DNA of 64,000 bases from Octopus sinensis. Lineage: Eukaryota. A program made the position numbers and the translations under genes. Shown piece by piece: positions 1 through 14,483 of the stretch (positions are counted from its first letter, which is position 1; each line of letters opens with the position of its first letter). Under the pieces are notes generated by a model. That model did no database searches, was not told the DNA's origin, and was given only the letters and a program-made list of their open reading frames with translations. The DNA is taken from positions 141,236,001-141,300,000 of the forward strand of contig NC_042997.1 in assembly GCF_006345805.1 (NCBI RefSeq). Direction: 5' to 3'.

Positions 1-77
1 AAAATTAAACACAGCCCGGTCCGGGAATCGAACTCACAACCTCATAATTGTGAGCCCGACACTCTAGCCACTGAGCC
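1..77 (-). mobile_element. tRNA-derived SINE head (family C), truncated by window edge
   Basis: Reverse complement reads ggctcagtggctagagt...gttgtgagttcgattcccgg (A box and B box); homologous to the SINE at 62568-62890. Confidence 0.75.
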
Positions 78-599
78 AAAAATAACAATAAGAAAAAAAA
101 GTAATAGAATTATGCGATCCCAGAATCAATGTGTTCGGATACAATGGTATATATTCTCTCATGTACAACATTTAAAATATCAATAACTACTTAGATTTTC
201 CGGTTGTGAATGTAAAGCTCATATTACAACAGGATTCAGTCCTTAGATCAAGGTCATAATGCATTGATCTAAGGATGTACCCCGCATGATTCACGCGAAG
301 GAAACCCGTACTTAACGTTACCACAACAACAATAATCCAATGTTAGAATGTGTCAATGCACTCAATCACTCGTTCATTCATTCACTCATTCACCTTGATC
401 TCAACCAAAGCTTCCAATAATATAATTATGTTTATTGATCGAACCACAAACATTGTTGTTTGTTATGCTCTCACTCAACAGGTTATAAATCCCTAAGTAT
501 TTTAACACACGATTAGGTATTCATATTACTTTACAGAAATAATTCACTTACATTTACTTACATTCTTCCTAATACAAATTTCTTAATGTATCAAAATAT

Positions 600-735
<136 letters not shown>

Positions 736-950
736 AAGGCGGCGAGCTGGCAGAATCGTTAGCACGCCGGGCAAATTGCTAAGCGGCATTTCGTCCGTCT
801 TTACGTTCTGAGATCAAAATCCGCCGAGGTCGACTTGGCCTTTCATCTTTTCGGGTTCGATAAATTAAGTACCAGTGAAACACTGCGGGTTGATGTAATC
901 GACTAATCCCCTCCCCACAAATTTCAGGCCTTGTGCCTATAGTAGAAAGG

Positions 951-987
<37 letters not shown>

Positions 988-1005
988 TATATTATTATTA
1001 TTACT
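736..1005 (+). mobile_element. tRNA-derived SINE family A with (ATT)n tail
   Basis: aaggcggcgagctggcagaatcgttagc head, B-box-like gagatcaaaatcc, body ...cgataaattaagtaccag...gtagaaagg, then (att)n; many homologues in the window. Confidence 0.85.
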
Positions 1006-1530
1006 GAGTGAGAGAGCAGTGCATGCCATCAAAGTTACACTGGGGTAAAATATATGGAGCCCAGTATACCCATCATGACTACCCGTCTGATAAGGATATA
1101 CCAGGCACATCACAACCATGTGCGTGCGACATGGTGATCTCATATGATGATTAACGGCGCATGATCTTGCAGGTGGGGTCCAGTTGGAATTTTCTCCAGG
1201 TTGAGTAGCCCATCCCGCTCAAAAGGTCCCTGAATAAGGATTGTTTTAAGGATATTGAAAGAAACACCCATGTTTCCAAAGGCGAAATATCTAAACCCCA
1301 AAGAATTCCTCTCAACGCATGGCTATGAAACTCACCCACTACTTCTGCTAGATGCACATATCGTCAGCCACCAAAGAACATGCTAAAGCGATTATGGTCA
1401 AACAACTGACAAGCAAATCTGTGGTACTGAGTAGAATATTTGCTGTAGCCGAGACAAAACTTACATGATAACACTTCCAATCAGTTAAGATCAGAAACCA
1501 TGAGAGCCACTGTCTTGCTCTACATCAGGG
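1006..1530. mobile_element. Unclassified ~525 bp non-coding insert bounded by (ATT)n on both sides
   Basis: Complex sequence with sharp (att)n boundaries at both ends and no convincing ORF; interspersed-repeat status is inferred. Confidence 0.45.
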
Positions 1531-1729
<199 letters not shown>

Positions 1730-2605
1730 CTTTGTACAGCTTCTAACGCTGGAGATGTACTACAGTGTCAGCTGTTTACTATCAGTGAACTAAGGTAATA
1801 CATCTTATTTTTCGAGCACCTTCCTGAGTATTCGAGCGGTTCCAACCAGTGCTGTTTTCTGCAAGTGCTCCACCGTTATTGCAACCCCTATTTGTTCCAC
1901 ATACTTCTCGAGATTTTTGCTCACTGTTCCCAGGGCTCCAACAATTATTGATACTACTGTTACCTTTTTCATCGACCACAACTGCTTAACTTCCCAAGCT
2001 AACCTGTCATATTTCTCAACTTTTCTTTCTTCCTTATCGCATACCTTATTGTCAGCTGGGCATGCTATATCTATGATCCAGCATAATTTGTTTTCTTTCT
2101 CAATTAAAACTATGTCCGGCTTCCTATTCTCTATCTCATGGTCGCATAGAATTATAAAATTCTATAGGATCTTTGCATTTCTATTTCGACGATGCCTACA
2201 GGTTTGTAGTCGTACAAATTCTTTGCACTGTCAAGTCCATACTTATTTCAAAGTGTCCAGTGGACAACCCTGGTTATATTGTCGTGGCGTCTCTTATGTT
2301 CCTTCTTGGCTAGAGGCGTATATTGGCTGGTAATATGCCATACGATTTCACCGTTTTGTTCACAGATTCTGCACTTGTCACTGTATGCTGTGTTGTCTAT
2401 TCTGTATTTTATGTAGTTTGTTCTTAGTGCTTGTTCTTGGGCAGCACAGATTAGAGCCTCCGTTTCCGGTTTTAAATCAGTTTTAGTAATCCACAGCTAT
2501 CTTTTTTCTCTGTCTGTCTTATGTTCAACATCCCTATGAAATTAATCATGCATTCTTTTCTTTACCCACCTATTTTCATTCGTTTTCAATTTCTCTTATT
2601 CCCCT
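1730..2605 (-). mobile_element. 5'-truncated R4/Dong-type non-LTR retrotransposon 3' end (zinc knuckle plus REL endonuclease), pseudogenised
   Basis: Minus-strand translation WITKTDLKPETEALICAAQEQALRTN...KCRIC...HIT...RRHDN...RKPDIV...IDIACP...KVEKYDRL...IIVGALGTV...TARILRKVLEK*, with stops and frameshifts; 3' end runs into (CAA)n. Confidence 0.85.
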
Positions 2606-3204
2606 CCCCCACTTCCTTTTAAAACAACCCTAATGTTGTTGTTCAGCCTCTCATTAGCTTCGGCTCCCTTCATGCCAACCTTTACTCACAGGTTTTCACT
2701 CTATGCCTACAATATGTCCTTCGGCTGGGACTACATTATATTGTGTGTCTACTATTTTCAAACAATCGGTTTTGATCCGAAAGAAATTTTAGCTTCTATT
2801 TCTAGTAAGTCACGCGATTTCATCAACTCGTTTGAACTTGCAGTGTGCAAGGCATAAAACGGGCGTATGGAGATCACAACGCATGATAAGCGCCACTTGT
2901 CTCATAGATTAAGTATAACAAAGTTACATTTCCACCACTATTTTCTCATTTATACATTTTCATCGGTTAATATATACACACACATATATATATAAACTAT
3001 AATAAATATACTGATTAATGACCTAGGTGGTAATGGACGCTGTTATTATTGGGACAATCTGTCTTCTATACAAAACGAAAATGATCTTAGATGTGGGATA
3101 GACTATGCGTTATAATAGTCCGATTCAATAGATTGCCGGCTTATTAAATGAGCGGTGAACAGTCAAGCTCCCTTAAATGAAGCTGCGTAATTAAACCAAG
3201 GCAC

Positions 3205-3236
3205 TATATCTATCTGCCTATATGTCTATCTCTCTG

Positions 3237-3320
<84 letters not shown>
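3205..3320. repeat. (TATC)n microsatellite
   Basis: Seen directly. Confidence 0.95.
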
Positions 3321-3542
3321 GTGGGTGTGCGTGTGTTTGTATGTGTGTGTGCGTGAATTGTCGACAAAATAGGATGTCCAATGGCAGAACATCTATCATG
3401 TTTACAAGAGATGTGTGCCCGATTCCTATGGGCAGCCTTCGACTTTTTCGATCCAAAAGAGTTTTTCAACTCAATATTTTCATGTCATTACTTATAGCTC
3501 ATTGCTTGCTTTGAAATCCATTAGAAAAAAAGAAACATATTT

Positions 3543-3578
<36 letters not shown>

Positions 3579-4172
3579 TGTGTGTGTGTGTGTGTGGTGT
3601 GTGTGTGTGTGTGTTTGAGTGTATGTTCATATTTCGCTATGTTTATAACTTGGCTAGTTTTTATGTCACCAGCTGCTGTTGTATATACCTGTTAAGCTTT
3701 GCTAAAGTTTTCATATGTATATATTGCCGTTGCATCTACTCATTTTCTGCTTTATCGCATTTATACAACTCGCAGATTAACTCTAAATGTTGTGCATTTT
3801 TAGGGCAACTTTACACATATAATTACAGTAATTGAAAAATACAATGTTTCGGGCGTTTTCGATAAATGGTTTGTATAAATCCACTCAATTCCAGAATTAA
3901 TCGATTCGTAATGAATCTGCTGAAGGCTAGGCATGTTTGTGAGAGCCATCATGTTTTATTTTCATTTGCCTGAAACAAAGTTCATTGTCCAGGAATAATG
4001 AATATATAGAATATAGATATATTATTTGAATGCATTTATAACAGTTGTCTTTGTGATATGTGCTGTTAGCTGTCATTGCATTAATGCAATACACCACCCA
4101 CAGATGTGCAACATTCTCATTTTATTTTTTTTACTTACGCATTCAGATTACATCCTAGTTGCATCCATAAAA

Positions 4173-5060
4173 TACGAGGTGCGTTCAAAAGGTAATGACT
4201 TTATTTTTTCCCATTAAAACTAGCGCCACGCATGCAAAATCTTTTGAGTAGAAGGTGACGCCACCCTTCCTGCTGTAGGTCGCGTCAGTTCCCGGTTGTT
4301 ACACCGAGAATACAGGCGTGCTGTGCGTGCTTGTTGGATGTTCGTTTTCATGCAAGATGACCGAACGCATCGAGCAGAGATGCTGCGTTAAGTTTTGCCA
4401 AAAGGTTGGTGATACTCAAGTTCAAACCATCCAGATCATTCAGCAGGCTTTTAGTTTAGATGCCACGGGCAAAACTCAGATCAAGTAGTAGTACAATAGC
4501 TTCAAACATGGCTGCACCTCAGTGGAAAGTGAGGCAAGCTCAGGCAAGCTATCCACCTGCCGAAATAAAGATCCAGTCGAGAAGGTTCGTCGAATAGTCA
4601 TGGAAGACCGTCGTGTAACAATGCAGGAAGTTACCCATGGAGTTTGAATACGCACATTCTATTTTAACGAAGGTTTTGTGCATGCAGAGAGTTTCGGCGA
4701 AAAATCAAAGTTGTATACTTTTTGAACACACCTCGTAATTCAAGATTCCCTGATCAAGAACAACATGCCACTTATTTGACAGACTCCCGACTCTCCTGAC
4801 TTGGCACCGCGTGACATCTGGCCGCACCCCAAACTGAAAACCACGAGAGGAAATCATGAGGAAAAGCGGCGATGGCGGGGATCCATAGCATTTCAGAGTA
4901 GACGTTCCAGATGTGGTACAAATAGTAACAGAACCGCTGGGAGAGGAGTGCGAACTCCCCAAGGAAGTATTTTGGAGATGATTAAATAATATTTTTGAAA
5001 TGTACAAAATTATTATTTTTTTTATGCTCAAAGGCCGGATACTTTTTGAATGTACCTTTA
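4173..5060 (+). mobile_element. Internally deleted mariner transposon relic
   Basis: Imperfect TIRs tacgaggtgcgttcaaaagg / tttttgaatgtaccttta; N-terminus MTERIEQRCCVKFCQKVG from 4357; C-terminal PDSPDLAPRDIWPHPKLK (YSPDLAP motif); catalytic middle missing. Confidence 0.85.
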
Positions 5061-5394
5061 CCTATGTATTTCTATTATGGTAAGCTGAGAAAACCATTTG
5101 AATGTCAAGAAAATGCTGTACTTCATTTGTGTCGGTTCCCTAAGTTCTGAGTACGAAAAACAACGAAGTCAACGTTTGTCTTTCATTCCTCCGGACGCGC
5201 GAAGAGTCGTAGACCACACTCTCTATTCGTTGCCTTTTTATGGAGTGGTGCGTCCAAGGAGGGGCAGCTAGACGGAGGCAGTAGCCCTAGCTCTTTGCTG
5301 GTACTAATTTACAGCGGAGTGGACTGGAGCAACAAAAAATGAAGACCTGCATGATCATGGAATTGAACGCTCGACGTTGTCTTTCATGTTTATA

Positions 5395-5709
5395 TTTTAC
5401 TTGCTTCAGTCATTAGACTGCAGCTATGCTGGGGCACCGTCTTGAAGGGATTTTGCTTTAGTCGGACGAAATGACCCCAGTGCTTATTATTCTTTGTGTG
5501 AAGCCTGATAGTTATTCTGATAGTTATACTTGAAAACAACTGTTTTCAAGTAGTTTTGGAGCAAAATACAATGACACACACACCACACGCACACGCGCAA
5601 CCTCTACACATACGCATGCACACAGACAGGCACACACACACGCATGCCCCTGCACATACGCATGTACACATACAGGCACACACACACAGGCACACACACA
5701 CACGTACAT

Positions 5710-5740
<31 letters not shown>

Positions 5741-5929
5741 CATACACACACATATATACATACATATATACGACAAGCTTCTTTCAGTTTCCGTCTACCA
5801 AATCTATTTACAGGACTTTGGTCGACACGAAGCTATCGTAGAAAACATTGACCAAAGTTTCATGTATTGGCACTGAACCCGGAAGCATGTGGCTGGAAAG
5901 CAAGCTTCTTACAACACATCCACGCCTGC
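5395..5929 (-). mobile_element. SINE family B with internal (CA/TA) microsatellite
   Basis: Reverse complement of the 47137-47554 element (head ...cacgcctgc, tail ttacttgcttcagtcattagactgcagctatgctgg). Confidence 0.75.
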
Positions 5930-6338
5930 GTCTATGACACTTTACTATATAGATGTGTTTGCGCGCGCGCGCGCGTGTGTGTGTATTTCATACATGTGTT
6001 TCTGCATTCTATGAGCGTGAAGGTCTTGTAGTTAACTGGTTGGAATAACAATTGTTGTAAGATTGTGGGCTAAATTTCTCACAATAAAAGCGCTAACAAA
6101 CACATACGAAAATATCCTTCCTAAAGGTTCGAATCACTCTGCTATTCTAAGAATATTTTAAATAGCTAATAATTTTTAAGAAAACCTTTCTTTAAATATT
6201 ATATCTGAATGAAGTATTTTGTACAAAATCTTTTAAATACACACATATTTAATGAAAATGAGTAGTATGAGACGAGAACTCAGAGAATCACGCGGCTATC
6301 ACAGAAAGCACCTCACAGTCGACACAGTAATCCAGTAA

Positions 6339-6966
6339 AAACAAGAACACTCAGAGAGCGCAAACGTCCGTCAAGGCAATACCAACATCTTCTCAACGAT
6401 TAGCCAGAGATGATTTTTAAAATGAGGACGCCTGAAATAAACTCGAGTGCTCTCACAAACGAAAATACTAAAAACGAACCCGACCGTTCTCAAAAATTAA
6501 GTTAAAAAACCGGAAAAATAATCCAGAATCCTTGCCCGGTACCTGATCGATCTTAATGATTGTCATGGAATGTGAAGGTGACTGTAGAAAATTTCGTAGC
6601 AGTAATGAATAGTTTATCATTATCTAATACAAGCCGACGTTAACAAATTCACCATTCAAAATAGTTACAGCCTAAAGGGAGATAATTGAGAAAGTCTTGG
6701 AAGTTAACGTAAGATCATAATCATGTAAAGTAAAATAAATATAACAAATAATCAATAATCCTTGTCCGGTACTGCATCGATCCCAAAATCTAATCAGTTC
6801 GTCCCATTCACGAGGCCAAATATCCCTGAAAGTTTTATCCGAATCCATCTAGCGGTTCTTGAATTGTCTTGTCCACGGCAAACAAACAAACAAACCAACA
6901 AAAAAAAAACAAAAAAAAAACAGGACTAAAAACAATACCTCTGCCTTCGCTAAGGTGGAGGTAATA
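6339..6966 (+). mobile_element. Non-autonomous Helentron/DINE-1-like element
   Basis: 5' acaagaacactcagagagcgcaaacgtccgtcaagg, duplicated internal core, (AAAC)n tract, 3' stem-loop tacctctgcctt-cgct-aaggtggaggta (6936-6963), no evident TSD. Confidence 0.65.
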
Positions 6967-7055
6967 AATGTAATATAGAGTGTCTTCGTAACTGAAAATC
7001 AGAAAGATCAGATTAATGAAATTATTTCATGAGGAGTAAAAAAAAAGCCATAAAG

Positions 7056-7446
7056 TATGAGAAGTAAATATATATTTCTCTAACCACGTAACTTCCATAG
7101 GATAGCAACCGTTGCACAACCTTTTTCATTATTTCAGTATGGAAGAAATGATGCGTATTTATTTACGTTAATATGTATGCTTAGTATTACATAATGCAAT
7201 TGTATATTTAAAAATCAATTCAAATAAAGAAAGCTAACTCACCAGATCACCGGAACATCATGGTTACACCAATGCATTAATTAGTGACTATAAAATTATA
7301 TTTTATAAATCTGAGCATCATATTAATGCAAACACGTATGCATAACTTCTTGTATACTGACATTAATACTGCAAGACGAAATCTGCGAAAGAGCTGTAAT
7401 CCTATGGAAGTCACGTGTTTAAATAAATATATATTCACTTCTCGTA
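7056..7446. mobile_element. Tc1/mariner-type MITE with ~47 bp TIRs
   Basis: tatgagaagtaaatatatatttctctaaccacgtaacttccatagga versus tcctatggaagtcacgtgtttaaataaatatatattcacttctcgta; TA ends. Confidence 0.75.
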
Positions 7447-7771
7447 CTTCCTGAATTTATGGTTACATATATATACATATATACATACTTACATATTTGT
7501 GAGAAAATTTTGTACGTTATTATTGGAGGAAATAAGTTGTAGTCAAATGTGGACCTCACTTGAGTGTAGTATCTAATCGAGGATGAAGTATTTTTTCAGT
7601 GATACATGTAAGCTTAATCTATGCATTTCTATCTTCAACTTCATTTACCTCATCAAAATAGCAAGGAGCATTTCCTGGAGAATCAATTTCTAAAAACTCA
7701 TACACACGCACATACGTGAACATACACGAGCATACACTTATATATGTCCATGTTATTATCACGCTTTATTT

Positions 7772-7957
7772 AAGGCGGCGAGCTAGCAGAACGTTATCAT
7801 GCCGGGGAAAATGCTTAGCAGTATTTCACCCGTCCTTACGTTCTGAGTTCAAATTCCGCCAAGATCGACTTTGCCTTTCATCCTTTAATACATTAAATGC
7901 CAGTGAAATACTGGCGTCGATGCAATCGATTAATCTCCTTTAGTAGAAAAGATTATT
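7772..7957 (+). mobile_element. SINE family A
   Basis: aaggcggcgagctagcagaacgtt...gagttcaaattccgcc. Confidence 0.8.
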
Positions 7958-8726
7958 ACGCTTTATTTCTAGATTTCTTTCCAATGTGGATAGTGTCAGT
8001 TTCTAAACTAGATCCAAGGCTTGCTTCATTAAATTTTCAATTGCATTATCAGTGTAGTTATGCATACTTATATGTAAGTGTGCATGCATTTGGAACCAGT
8101 GCATGTACAAACCTGTATGCTTTGTTTTATATAAGTTTGCTCATACACATAGTTGCACGTCCAAATATGTGCCTATTTACTTATATGGAAAACAGTTGCA
8201 TTGATGGCTTGTATCTGTAAGTAATCAAATTAGCTTTCTTCTCTCTGGTTTTAAGACTATTAAATTCCTCAAGATTGGTGCTAAGGCAATTTGTTATATG
8301 CATCCTTGTGCTTCAATAATTACGGATATGAATCTAAACTTCAAATCTGGGTGATGTAGCTGTAAATTTCTCAGTTGTTCAGCGTAGTTGTTTTCTTTTT
8401 CACTGATCTTTAACTTTATGTTGACGTTAACTGGATAAGATTAATATCTACAACTGTACACAATTTCTACTCTATGTCCCAAATTACACAAATCACAATG
8501 TCTGTTCTATGTATAATGGTCATTGTTTCTATGACACTGATGATCTTATGTCTTTCGTCTCCAGATTATCCTTCCAACGGATCTCATTGTGCAGTGTATT
8601 CGCCACAATATCATCGGCAGATAAAAATGTGATGACATTTTCGGAATATCACATCCCTGTGCTTCCCTGCATCTTTATACCTTTTGCACATCAGGAATGT
8701 AATTGCTGTCTCCTGTTTCCGGCATG

Positions 8727-8912
<186 letters not shown>

Positions 8913-9178
8913 GATATCTTTTAAAAGGTGGTGCTCCAGCATGGCCGCAGTCAAATGACTGAAACAAGTAAAAGAGTAAAAGAGTATATATATATATATA
9001 TATATAATATATATATATATAATATTATATATTGGTGGAAAGGGGAGAGCAGAAATTCTTCGCTTACATATTTTGAGTTTGCTGGCACTGTTAGTTTCGA
9101 GCAGATCTTCAGAAGCGATAAGGAGCCGAAAGGGTATGCTCCCACTTTCAGTGTTTTCAAATCCAAACCAAGGAGTTC

Positions 9179-9231
9179 TGAGCTGTGGTATAGAAATGTC
9201 GAGTTGACTAATCTAGAAACGTACGTTCTCA
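9179..9231 (+). ncRNA. Type I hammerhead motif with disrupted core (CUGUGGUA)
   Basis: tgag-CTGTGGTA-taga..tcta-GAAA-cgtacg-TT-ctca; differs from the sister copy in the catalytic core. Confidence 0.6.
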
Positions 9232-9740
9232 AATAACCTTTGCATTTGATTTTTTAATGTCTTTACCCCCATACTTTCGTGAGTTGAATTGAGCAAACAC
9301 TATATGAGAGAGATTTTCTTTAAGTATTAGAAATAGTTTTAAAAAAGTTTTTTTTGGCTACTATTTCTAATGAGTTCAGTATGTGGCAAAGTAATTTATT
9401 TTACTAAGCCCTTTTATATAATGTAATAATTTGAATTCGCCTTAAATGGTCCCTTTGCATACTGAATACTTGGTGAAATCGATTAATAATTAATTAATTT
9501 TACCCTCAATTGTTGAAATTATAATTCATCTCTCTCTATTTAATGCTTCGGATTTTACTGAAAAAGCATAGTGTTTACTGATTTTAACCCACGCTGGTGG
9601 AAAGGGGAGAGCAGAAATTCTTCGCTTGCATATTTTGAGTTTGCTGGCACTGTTAGTTTCGAGCAGATCTTCAGAAGCGATAAGAAGCCGAAAGGGTATG
9701 CTCCCACTTTCAGTGTTTTCAAATCCAAACCAAGGAGTTC

Positions 9741-9792
9741 TGAGCTGATGATAGAAATGTCGAGTTGACTAATCTAGAAACGTACGTTCTCA
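9741..9792 (+). ncRNA. Type I hammerhead ribozyme motif (canonical core, GUU triplet)
   Basis: tgag-CTGATGA-taga aat gtc gagtt gac taa tcta-GAAA-cgtacg-TT-ctca; stem I extends via aagg/cctt; palindromic stem III ACGTACGT. Confidence 0.8.
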
Positions 9793-10088
9793 AATAACCT
9801 TTGCATTTGATTTTTTAATGTCTTTACCCCCATACTTTCGTGAGTTGAATTGAGCAAACACTATATGAGAGAGATTTTCTTTAAGTATTAGAAATAGTTT
9901 TAAAAAAGTTTTTTTTGGCTACTATTTCTAATGAGTTCAGTATGTGGCAAAGTAATTTATTTTACTAAGCCCTTTTATATAATGTAATAATTTGAATTCG
10001 CCTTAAATGGTCCCTTTGCATACTGAATACTTGGTGAAATTGATTAATAATTAATTAATTTTACCCTCAATTGTTGAAATTATATATA

Positions 10089-10155
<67 letters not shown>

Positions 10156-10298
10156 CGCTGTCTCTATATATCTGTCTGTCTGTCTCTCTCCCTGTAAGTT
10201 TGATCTACTAATACTCTAATACATAAATATCTATATATTTATACTTAAATATTTATCGTCTGGAAATCTCCAGTCTTTGTTTTCTTTCTATTTGCATG

Positions 10299-10341
<43 letters not shown>

Positions 10342-12450
10342 CATACACACATACACACACACGCACACACACGCACACACATACATTATATATCAAACCC
10401 AAGCTATTACATTTAATTTGTTTATCCGCATAATTTCTTCCATATCGTCTAACATGGATTACTCTTATTGCCACTCTTTACCAGGCCGAATTGGTCACTC
10501 GTAAAGAGACCGGAGTCTAAGTTCGAATTATTTGAGCGCTACTAAGTATTTCCTACAATGAGAATCTCTGGATCCCATCTGTAGACTATATATATATATA
10601 TATATATAAAATATGAATTAGAATATATATATATATTTACATACATTAACAAACACACACACACGCACACGCGCACACACACACACGCCCACAGATATAT
10701 ACATATGAATGTATGTATATATGATGAACTGGGAAATTCATTACAGCGCCGAATAGAATACCGTGTTGTATTCGTTCAGGCTGTTAGCGTTATGAGCCCA
10801 AATCGCACGTAAGTTAACCTTATTTCTCATCCTTTCTGGGTCGATTAATAAAATAAGAATCAAATACTAAAGGCGTTTCTTTTCTCTTTACCTTCCTTCC
10901 TGTGTGTATGTGCGGCGCGTGCGCGGGTGTCTTTTCTTGGGAAGATTGGCCGTGGCCAAGCATATAAAGGGATAAGCTTTGCCAGATTTAAAACTGACCA
11001 AGACACACTATGTATCACCGTAGCTCCTAAAAATCCACTAATAATTAGGAGTCCAAAACAAGACAATATAGCTTACGTACTTGTAGATCACATGCATCAA
11101 AGAAGCTATTATATACAATTTTGTTTTATGCCTTATAACAATTGACAAAGCCTCTGCGATTGCTGTAAGAGAGGAAAGTATTCTCAAGCTTGAATGCTTG
11201 CAGAAGAGTGGACTCTGCTAAAGGCACCCAACGGGACACTAGGACAGAGATTAAGGATCCCATATATCTGTAACAGAATGTAGGTGATTTATGAAGTGGA
11301 AGTAATGGACAGGGGGTAAATATAATGGAATGCTGGACAACACCAAATTTAATGGAATCTGGTGTCGGACAGAAAAAGAAAGAAAGAGGAAGGTTAGTGA
11401 TAGAGAGAGGAAAAGAGATGGGGAGGGAAAGCTCTGTCTACAAGCCTTTTACTTGAGTAATGTGGTTAGAAATTTCCGATCCAGTAAGGACCAGCTGGAG
11501 CATATATTTTAGTAACAGATTTTTGCGTTTGAGATGTACATGCAATATCTATTTGTGCGCCTGCTCGCTGTATGCACAAATATTCAAATGCATAAAGACA
11601 TACAATTTATTGGCAAAGAAACCAATAGATGCATTTATATTAATATTCATAATTCGACGATTTGTACTCATACACACACACATACCCACACACATTCACA
11701 TAGATAGAAACGTATGCAACAACACACACAGATAAACGTGCATCAAGCTACTTACAAGAATGAATAGCTTCTTTTTGCTAGTGGCATAACAATGTATGTA
11801 TTATGTTATTTAATCCCAGTTAATACCTGACCAAGCATAACTATTACCAAAGTTGTCCCATCTTTTTTTTCCTTTTCAAAGAATTTATAAACAAACCACA
11901 TTATGCAGAGGAGTCTACTTTCATTAAATATGTTCACTCTCAAATATTTCTCACTCTCTCTCTCAGTATATGTGTGTGTGTGTGTGTGGTGTGTGTGTGT
12001 GTGTGTGTGTGTGTCTGCGTGAGCACATACGTACGTACGTACATAATACATACATCCATACATTCATGTATGTATGCATGTGTATGTGTGCGAGCATGTG
12101 TGTGTATGAATTTTCTTATAGTATTTCTTGAATATTGTTGAATGTGGCACTTGTCTGGAAATACGATCAGAGAAAATTAGTTTCCTCATAGTTTCTCAAG
12201 TTAGGTGTCATAGTTCCGAATCACAATAGTACAACAGAGAAATTTGCGGTGGCCTTAGGCAGAATATATGATATTTCTTGATATCCACTAGACATGGAAA
12301 TGAACGCGCGGCAAAATGTAACCAATAATATTTGCGAAGATCTGATGTAAGTTTTTTTTTCTTAGATGTAGTGCATCTGAACACTGTACACAATTTCTCT
12401 CATATTATAGATAGATAGATAGATAGGATAGATAGATAGATAGATAGATA

Positions 12451-13160
<710 letters not shown>

Positions 13161-13209
13161 TAGATAATATATGCCATGCATACATATTTTTATGCCGCAA
13201 CATAAAATA

Positions 13210-14483
13210 TATAAGGTCATCCCATAAGTTCTGTCCGAATTTTGAATAAAGAAAACAAGTGATCAAATGTTATATTTAATTGAAATTTGATAATCAACGT
13301 ACTTTCCTTGATTATCTATAACTCCCTTACATCTATTTACAAGTTTTTTAATGTAAAACTCTTTTGGTTTCAAAGCGAAGAACTCTGAAATGTCAGTTTC
13401 GACCTCCCCTGGCTTGCGAAAGTTATGTCCCCCAAGTGATTCTGTAAACAACAAAACAAATGGTAGCCTGAAGGAGCAAGGACGGGAGAATACGGTGGAT
13501 GAGGAATTTTTTTCCCAACCAAGCTCTTCGATCTCCTGTGATGTAATCTTTGCAGTGTGGGGTTGCGCATTGGCCTGATGAATCATCACTCCTTTTCGAT
13601 TCACTAAAGTGAGTCTTTTTTCCTTCAAAGCTTGGTTCAAATGCTCTAATTGCTAACAGTAGACTTGAGCATTGATTGTTGCATTAGGTGGTAATAATTC
13701 AAAGTGAATTACCCCTTTGCAATCCCACCAGATAGAGAGCAGAATCTTTTTCCCATGAAGTTCCTTTCTCGGTTGTAGTTGAGTTTTTCCCTTTTACCAA
13801 GCCACTGTTTACGACATTTAACATTTCGATAGATCCATTTTTCGTCACCAGTCACAACTCTATCCAAAAAGGGTGAAATGAGTTCGCGAGAATGGAGAGA
13901 AGAGCAGATGTCAACTCGGGATTTGCGGTTACTTTCGGACAATTCATGAGGCACCCGTTTTCCAAGTTTAGGAACCTTTCCAAGTTGTTGAAGATGATGA
14001 CGAACAGTTGTATGGTTTGAACTTTATTGCCAATTCTTCAAATGATAATGCAGGATTTTCTTCAAGTAATGCCTCAAGGAGCTTATCATCAAACTCAACT
14101 GGATGTCCTGTTTGATCTTCATCTTCAAGGCTGAAATCTCCACTTCTGAATTTTGCAAACCATCTTCTTCAAATCTTTTCATCCAAGCATTCTTTCCCAT
14201 AAACTGAATGTATGTTTCGAGTCGCTTCGACTGCAGAGTTTCCTTTTTTGTACTCATAAAGCATTATTTGCTTTAAATGCTCTTTCGCTACTTCCATGTT
14301 AGAAAGGGTTTTCATCAAAGAAATTTTAATTCTATTATTCTTTAAAATAATATTTAATTAGTTTAAATGTACACAAATACATAAAAATAATTTTTAATTC
14401 CATTAGACATTCTAAAATACTATTGAATTTCATTCAATTTTAGAAAAGGTAAAATTGGACAGAACTTATGGGACGACCTGATA
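13210..14483 (-). mobile_element. Full-length mariner (DD34D) relic
   Basis: TIRs tataaggtcatcccataagttctgtcc / ggacagaacttatgggacgacctgata; frameshifted transposase ~14297-13293 with MPHEL, TGDEKW, HQANA, YSPVLAPSGY motifs. Confidence 0.93.

Larger units (their letters stand above)
9033..10084 (+). mobile_element. Hammerhead-bearing tandem repeat, ~562 bp unit x1.87, flanked by (TA)n (retrozyme or Penelope pLTR-like)
   Basis: tggtggaaaggggagag recurs at 9033 and 9595; each unit carries an HHR motif; array ends ...ttgttgaaat|(ta)n. Confidence 0.8.

Noticed and set aside
240-275. Perfect 12 bp hairpin tccttagatcaa / ttgatctaagga
   Set aside because: Real but isolated, with no associated element or T-tract; could arise by chance or local template switching
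9033-10084. CRISPR array or protein-coding repeat (ORFs 8928..9236, 9571..9768)
   Set aside because: The period is ~560 bp with no unique spacers or cas genes; the ORFs differ between the 9 kb and 59 kb versions, while the RNA motif is what is conserved
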